Assembly: GCA_020429745.1 (NCBI GenBank)
Contig: JAGQKZ010000001.1
Location: 4,572-68,571 of the forward strand
Direction: 5' to 3'
Origin: a candidate division WWE3 bacterium
Lineage (GTDB): Bacteria; Patescibacteriota; 4484-211; GCA-002791395
DNA length: 64,000 nt
Shown one piece after another: positions 59,108 to 64,000 of this stretch. The first letter of the stretch is position 1. Every line of letters begins with the position of its first letter. The notes under the pieces are model-generated. The model searched no databases and was not told the origin of the DNA. It saw nothing but the letters and a program-made list of their open reading frames with translations. Made by a program: the position numbers and the translations under genes.

Positions 59108-59767
59108 CTACCTCTCCCCCTCCCATTCGGCGAAAAATTCTTCAAGATAGTTTTGCATAAATATATGACGTTGCTGTGCAAGTTGCCGACCTGTGTCAGT
59201 ATTCATCATATCTTTGAGCAGCAACAACTTTTCGTAAAAATGATTAATTTGCGGGCTTTTACCCTTCTTGTACCTTTCCTTGTCCATCGCAAGATCTGGC
59301 TTAATTTCAGGATTATAGATCTCGTTACCAACCGAGCCTCCGTAGGCAAAACATCGCGCGATTCCGATTGCACCAATCGCATCTAAACGATCGGCATCTT
59401 GAACAATCTCCCCCTCAATTGGCAAATCACGCTTGTTGTTGATGTTTTTGCTATACGAAAGATTGTTAACGATGTAAACGACAGACCTGACGATATCTTC
59501 GTTAACACCCATCGTGCTAAGTATCTTTTCAGCGGTTTTGCCACCAATCTCCTCGTCACCGCCGTGAAATTTATGATCAGCAATATCGTGGAGCAATGCG
59601 CCCATTTCAACCACAAAAATGTCGCACTCCTCACTTGCCGCTATCGTTTTCGCGTTCTGCCAAACCCTATAAATATGCCACCAATCATGCCCTGAACCTT
59701 CGCCTTGGAACTTTTCTCGAACGTGATCTGCAACCGATTTAATAATTTCGGACTCATCCATGATCAT
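59108..59767 (-). CDS. HD-domain metal-dependent phosphohydrolase (YpgQ/YedJ-like)
   Basis: GHDWWHIYRV, LLHDIADHK, DADRLDAIGAIGIAR motifs. Confidence 0.75.
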   Translation of the reverse strand: MIMDESEIIKSVADHVREKFQGEGSGHDWWHIYRVWQNAKTIAASEECDIFVVEMGALLHDIADHKFHGGDEEIGGKTAEKILSTMGVNEDIVRSVVYIVNNLSYSKNINNKRDLPIEGEIVQDADRLDAIGAIGIARCFAYGGSVGNEIYNPEIKPDLAMDKERYKKGKSPQINHFYEKLLLLKDMMNTDTGRQLAQQRHIFMQNYLEEFFAEWEGER

Positions 59768-59810
59768 TTGCGATTATAGTACACATGATCGCCAACAGAC
59801 AGTCGAAGTA

Positions 59811-62207
59811 CTAGCTTGTTCTGTCTTTAATCATACGTGCCAGGTCAATGCGCGCGATACTGCGCATCGCCGGAAGCTGAGACACAAACGCCGTGACGAT
59901 AATAACAACACTGACGATGATGTACGTGCGCGGGAAGATCACAACCTCGAATTGAAACAGGTCGCTGTTATAGGCAGTGAATGCGCCTACAGTGGCCAAA
60001 TGCCCAAGCCACAATCCAAACGGAATCGCCACAATCGTTAAAAGCATATTCTCGATCGTTAGAATCATGTTAATCACTCCATTTGAGAAACCCAGGGTTC
60101 GCAGCGTGGCGAACTCACGCGAGCGCTCCAGAATCGAAACCGTCATCGTGTTAAACAAAAGCCCGAAAGCCATAATGGCACCAAATCCGACCATGACGCC
60201 GACAAATGCGAAAAAGAACGTCATATAGCTATTAATAAGATCTTGCAGCACCTTACTATCCTGCACCTGAAGCACGTCATCCCATGAGCCAAGTCGAGCG
60301 CGAATATCGGCACGCTTGTCTTTGTCGACTTTAAGATAAATGGTGTTTTCTAATTCAGGCAGATTATTTTCTTTAAGGATGTTTTGGAAACGATCATAAG
60401 TAACATAAACCATACTGCCGATCGGCTCGTTCACGAAGTTACTAATCTTTGAATCGAAGCTAACGGCAACAGGAAGATCGATGCCTTCAGAGGCAAGACT
60501 CATTTTAAGCGTGTCACCAACCGACAATCCCAACTCGGTTTTGAGCCCTTGCCCTAAATAAAGCGAATCGTTAGTAAACGGCAGGACGTTGTTGTTAGCA
60601 TCGAAAAACCCATGCATGTAAGTGTCTTGCGGCAGAGCAATCAGTATCGTGCTGTAGGCCTGATCCTTAACCTCAAGATTGACAGGCATAATTAACCCTC
60701 TCTCAAGAGAATTTACTCCTTCAAGAGCTTTTAAATCAGAGACCTCTGCCTCGGTAATGTTTTGCTTAAAAGTCACAGTTAAGTCTTCTTTATAAATATC
60801 GTTAAACATACGGTCGGTGAAATTCTGCACTGCATCAATCATTCCCCACGAAGCCAAGACCAGCACCATCGAAAACATGACGCCAAGAATTGTAAAGAAG
60901 CTGCGTTTTTTGTTGCGATCAATATTTCGAATCGCAATCTTTAAGGTGCTTGGTAAATGTTTCACAAACGGCACAAATCGATCGATCGCCAATCGGCTGC
61001 CCCTAGAAGATTTACTTGCATTACGTAAAGAATCCGCCGGATTGATATTGGCGGCACTCCTGGCTGGCAGGAACGTACTAAAAAGACAAGCGAAGATCGC
61101 CAGCAGCACACCAACCACATATGTCGACGGATGGATGTTTGTAATCGTCACCGGAATCGAAAGCATACCCGTGTAGAGTGTCGTGATCGTGTTCGCAAGC
61201 AAAAGCCCAAGTACCACACCTCCCGCCGAACCGACAATAGCGATGAAAATACCGTAAGTTAAATAATGACGCATAATCGATCCTTTTGAAAAACCGTTCG
61301 CCTTTAAAACGCCAATCTGCCGACTCTGCTGGCTAATCATCCGTGTCATCATAATCGAGATCGTAAAGCCAGTAATCGTTAGAAATAGCATCGGGAAGAA
61401 GAATGCCAATTCTGAGAACCCATCTAAATCGAGTGATAATAATTCGTTAGCTGGCTGAGTTGCCTTCGTGTAACTGTCTACATAATTTTCGGTTGGAATA
61501 AGGCTCACTAGACGTTGACGTAACGCCTCGACCTGATCTTTGTGATCTGCAAGCGAGGTGGAGAGCATAATCTCGTCGACAAGGTTTGCGGCACCGGCAA
61601 GTCTTTGGAGTTCATCTTGTGCAAGATAAAACACCCCAAAGTTTTCGGGAGAACTTAAAACCTCTTGTTTGTTGCGAACGTTCCAGATGTATTCCGGACT
61701 AATCACCGTACCGGCGATCTTGTAGGTTTTGTAGTTCCCATCGGCCGTAAGACGCACGCTGTCACCAACGTGCAGGTCGTAGTAATTGGCGAAGTGATTT
61801 TCCACGAGGACGGAATCAGCGTCGAGGTTATACTCCCCCTGTGTGAAGAAAAGCTTGTTAAAGTTGGGCTGACTATTTTCGGGGACTCCTACGATGCGCG
61901 CGACAAAAGTCGATGTGTCGGTTACCTTACCGTAGAGATCGAGCACAAGGCGCGTTTCAACGGTTTCGACATCGGGCTCGTCTTTAACTTTTTGTAACAA
62001 ATCTTGGTCAACATTGCGCACCTGAAGCCAAACATCAGCAAAGTTGTAGGTGACGTGAGTTTGATCGTAGGAAGCGCGGAGGTTCAAATACGAATCGTAG
62101 CTTGCAATGTACATCCCAACACCCAGAGCGATCATAACAATAACCGCCAGTACTTGGGCTTTGTGGGTTAAAAGTTCGCGAACTACTTTTTTTTGTAAAA
62201 TACTCAT
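59811..62207 (-). CDS. ABC transporter permease with two FtsX-like/MacB-type 4-TM domains and large extracytoplasmic domains
   Basis: 798 aa; two repeats each of periplasmic domain + 3 C-terminal TM helices. Confidence 0.85.
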   Translation of the reverse strand: MSILQKKVVRELLTHKAQVLAVIVMIALGVGMYIASYDSYLNLRASYDQTHVTYNFADVWLQVRNVDQDLLQKVKDEPDVETVETRLVLDLYGKVTDTSTFVARIVGVPENSQPNFNKLFFTQGEYNLDADSVLVENHFANYYDLHVGDSVRLTADGNYKTYKIAGTVISPEYIWNVRNKQEVLSSPENFGVFYLAQDELQRLAGAANLVDEIMLSTSLADHKDQVEALRQRLVSLIPTENYVDSYTKATQPANELLSLDLDGFSELAFFFPMLFLTITGFTISIMMTRMISQQSRQIGVLKANGFSKGSIMRHYLTYGIFIAIVGSAGGVVLGLLLANTITTLYTGMLSIPVTITNIHPSTYVVGVLLAIFACLFSTFLPARSAANINPADSLRNASKSSRGSRLAIDRFVPFVKHLPSTLKIAIRNIDRNKKRSFFTILGVMFSMVLVLASWGMIDAVQNFTDRMFNDIYKEDLTVTFKQNITEAEVSDLKALEGVNSLERGLIMPVNLEVKDQAYSTILIALPQDTYMHGFFDANNNVLPFTNDSLYLGQGLKTELGLSVGDTLKMSLASEGIDLPVAVSFDSKISNFVNEPIGSMVYVTYDRFQNILKENNLPELENTIYLKVDKDKRADIRARLGSWDDVLQVQDSKVLQDLINSYMTFFFAFVGVMVGFGAIMAFGLLFNTMTVSILERSREFATLRTLGFSNGVINMILTIENMLLTIVAIPFGLWLGHLATVGAFTAYNSDLFQFEVVIFPRTYIIVSVVIIVTAFVSQLPAMRSIARIDLARMIKDRTS

Positions 62208-62437
62208 TTTCTTTTATGTCCACCTTTCGGACAGTGAATGTATCACTCCCATACAATCCAAATGCCCTGTGTATTTAGATTTTGGAGCGCTTGGTTGTGA
62301 TGGGATTGACACAAACCACCGTCCGAAACATTTCGCGATCTTGTTGTGACGTTTTGCTAAGAAGTAAACAACCGCACCTTAGTTGTTTAGTCAGCGCATT
62401 TGGCTTACTTCGATGCAGAGCGCCGCAACAAGATTTG

Positions 62438-63172
62438 TCACCAACTTACATTCTCCGGATCGATCGGATTCTCGTTTCTTTCGTCGTCGGTTATTTTCCC
62501 GCTTCGCAACTTAATCACACGATCAGCGATCGGCGCCAAGGCTGCATTATGCGTCACGATTAAAAACGTCTTTTTATATTCCTTATTTAAACGACGAAGC
62601 AATTTTAGGATTTTAATGCCGGTCTCAAAATCGAGCTCACCCGTTGGTTCGTCACAAAGCATGATCGGCGTGTTTTTGACTAACGCCCGAGCGATTGCGA
62701 TACGTTGTTGTTCCCCTCCCGAAAGCTGACTTGGGAAGTGATCTTTGCGCTCAAGTAATCCGACAGCATCGATCATATCCTGAGGCTTCAGTTCTTCGTC
62801 ACTGGTTAGTTCATCGACGAGAGCAATGTTTTCTTCTGCTGAAAGCGTTGGCAATAAATTAAAAAACTGGAAGATGAAACCGATGTTGTGACGACGGAAC
62901 TCGGTAAGTTCCTTGTCTTTTAGGTTTTGGATCTCGTTACCATTTACGACAACCGTGCCATCAGTTGGGCTATCAAGCCCGCCTATCACATTGAGCAAAG
63001 TGGTTTTACCAGAACCGCTCGGACCGAGGATAATGATGAACTCGCCGGAAGTAACTTCTAGAGATACGTCGTCTAATGCCGTAACCTCAAAATCCCCAAC
63101 CTGGTACTCCTTGCTGACGTTTTTAAGGGAGATAATCGGACTATCACTTGCCATACCAAGCCAGTATAACAC
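62438..63172 (-). CDS. ABC transporter ATP-binding protein (MacB/LolD-like); probable start at MASDSP (63154)
   Basis: GPSGSGKTT, LSGGEQQRIAIARAL, LCDEPTGELD motifs. Confidence 0.9.
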   Translation of the reverse strand: MLYWLGMASDSPIISLKNVSKEYQVGDFEVTALDDVSLEVTSGEFIIILGPSGSGKTTLLNVIGGLDSPTDGTVVVNGNEIQNLKDKELTEFRRHNIGFIFQFFNLLPTLSAEENIALVDELTSDEELKPQDMIDAVGLLERKDHFPSQLSGGEQQRIAIARALVKNTPIMLCDEPTGELDFETGIKILKLLRRLNKEYKKTFLIVTHNAALAPIADRVIKLRSGKITDDERNENPIDPENVSW

Positions 63173-63233
63173 CAGACACTAATCCGCGCGAGTTGGCTTA
63201 CGCCGATTAAAAACGCCATCATTATCTTAGGCC

Positions 63234-63262
63234 TTGACAAGCCCTGGACTATGGGATATAAT
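63234..63262 (+). promoter_or_regulatory. Perfect sigma70 consensus promoter TTGACA N17 TATAAT, rightward
   Basis: Exact consensus hexamers and spacing; followed by two hairpins. Confidence 0.5.
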
Positions 63263-63362
63263 TTGCACCAAGATTCTTCGTTGAGCCACCCCTCCAGGCT
63301 CAACGAAAAACTAGAGGGGCGGATCCGCAGGTCCGCCCACTCTCACTCATAAATCGACTTTC

Positions 63363-63476
63363 TGCTATTATCAACCCACGCTTTCAAAATACAAAGCCTT
63401 CATCTTCTCCGAAGATCCTGACGCGCTCGTCAAGTTTTATACCGACGTTTTGGGTGTCGTGCTCTGCCTCGCTTAG
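63363..63476 (+). pseudogene. Remnant of a VOC/glyoxalase-family gene N-terminus (no start codon, premature stop)
   Basis: Translation ...YKAFIFSEDPDALVKFYTDVLGVVLCLA* parallels N-terminus of VOC protein at 46630 (ISAILIWSEDYEKLADWYKDKLGL). Confidence 0.25.
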
Positions 63477-63634
63477 CGATCTCTTTGATCTCGATTTCGG
63501 ACTTAACTAGTCCTTTGCCACGAAACATATTGCATAGATCAAGGCAGTTTACTGATCTCCAAGAGTCCGTTGCATTCTATCTAAAATACTTAGCATTGAC
63601 TTTATACACACATTGTATATACTTCCCATATACC

Positions 63635-63907
63635 ATGAAGACGACAACTATAAACATAAAAACTACCCCCGAAGTAAAAGCCGGGGCGCAACAGGTAGCT
63701 CGAGAGCTTGGTTTCAGCCTTAGTTCACTCATAAATGCCTATCTTCGTGATCTCACTCGAACCAAAAAGGTGAGCTTTGAACTACCCGAGATTCCCAATG
63801 AGGCAACTCTTCAGGCATTAAAGGAAGCAGAAGAAGAACCGACATCGCCCACCTTTACCTCTGCATCAGAAGCGATCGACTGGTTGCACAACAACGATAT
63901 GGAGTAA
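63635..63907 (+). CDS. RelB/DinJ-family ribbon-helix-helix antitoxin
   Basis: MKTTTINIKTTPEVKAGAQQVARELGFSLSSLINAYLRDL pattern; own TTGACT..TATATA promoter-like motif. Confidence 0.6.
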   Translation: MKTTTINIKTTPEVKAGAQQVARELGFSLSSLINAYLRDLTRTKKVSFELPEIPNEATLQALKEAEEEPTSPTFTSASEAIDWLHNNDME

Positions 63908-63925
63908 ATTTAACCCTTCAAACAA

Positions 63926-64000
63926 ATGAGTACGCATGTCCGATTTAACAGAAAATTCGTTAGAGCTTACCGGAAACTCACACCGAAGATTCAGAAAGCA
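63926..64000 (+). CDS. RelE/YafQ-like toxin, N-terminal fragment (runs off right edge)
   Basis: MSTHVRFNRKFVRAYRKLTPKIQKA resembles RelE/ParE N-termini; 18 nt after antitoxin stop. Confidence 0.4.
   Translation, partial: MSTHVRFNRKFVRAYRKLTPKIQKA

Noticed and set aside
59760-60041. Plus-strand ORFs within the ABC permease and HD genes (59760-60041, 59977-60228)
   Set aside because: They are antisense to confidently identified genes.
63073-63303. ORF 63073-63303(-) 76 aa
   Set aside because: It overlaps the ABC ATPase 5' end and the divergent promoter region, has no RBS, and is likely spurious.
63262-63340. SRP/4.5S RNA resemblance (CAGGUCCG) after the consensus promoter
   Set aside because: Only an 8-nt coincidence. 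The conserved GGAAGGAAGCAGCC portion and the symmetric helix-8 partner are absent.

Overview
This 64 kb window comes from a reduced, moderately AT-rich bacterial genome. The gene content looks Patescibacteria/CPR-like: split transketolase, many small secreted or pilin-like proteins, F-type ATPase, RNase Y with YmdB. That affiliation is an inference, not a confirmed assignment. Most of the window is tightly packed housekeeping operons, much of it on the minus strand. ftsE-ftsX sits at the left edge (ftsX partial). A long co-directional block with translational coupling runs rpiB, rpe, LOG, a GT-C membrane protein, tktA, tktB, pfkB, DsbA-like, 2-hydroxyacid dehydrogenase. Other solid calls are pgi, lepB, secA, uppP with a PAP2 phosphatase, serS/lysS, tandem greA paralogs, miaA, hup, recA-recX, rny-ymdB, a complete F1Fo atp operon (a,c,b,delta,alpha,gamma,beta,epsilon), and a MacB-type ABC exporter. 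Cell-surface content includes two DsbA-like anchored oxidoreductases, two type IV pilin-like genes, and a 673-aa exported protein with eight PD40/TolB-like repeats and an LPSSG anchor-like C-terminus. There is also an orphan multi-TM histidine kinase and a DUF2207-like membrane protein with a poly-Gly tail. The features worth a second look are listed here.
- A five-gene minus-strand operon just upstream of atp: HD hydrolase, SET-domain protein, SAMHD1/dGTPase-like HD, cytoplasmic NlpC/P60-like Cys-His protein, metallophosphoesterase.
- A LysRS fused to a C-terminal HD domain.
- Tandem GreA paralogs, one with an altered catalytic tip.
- Two single-gene islands of atypical (higher) GC, each with its own RBS and hairpin terminator.
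- A perfect sigma70 consensus promoter followed by two hairpins and a VOC pseudogene fragment, just upstream of a relB/relE-like TA pair at the right edge.
- A palindrome overlapping the recA promoter -35.
- Recurring AAGGTTG-type repeats in atp intergenic spacers.
No rRNA, tRNA or CRISPR array was found. All coordinates of non-CDS elements are hand-counted and may be off by 1-2 nt.
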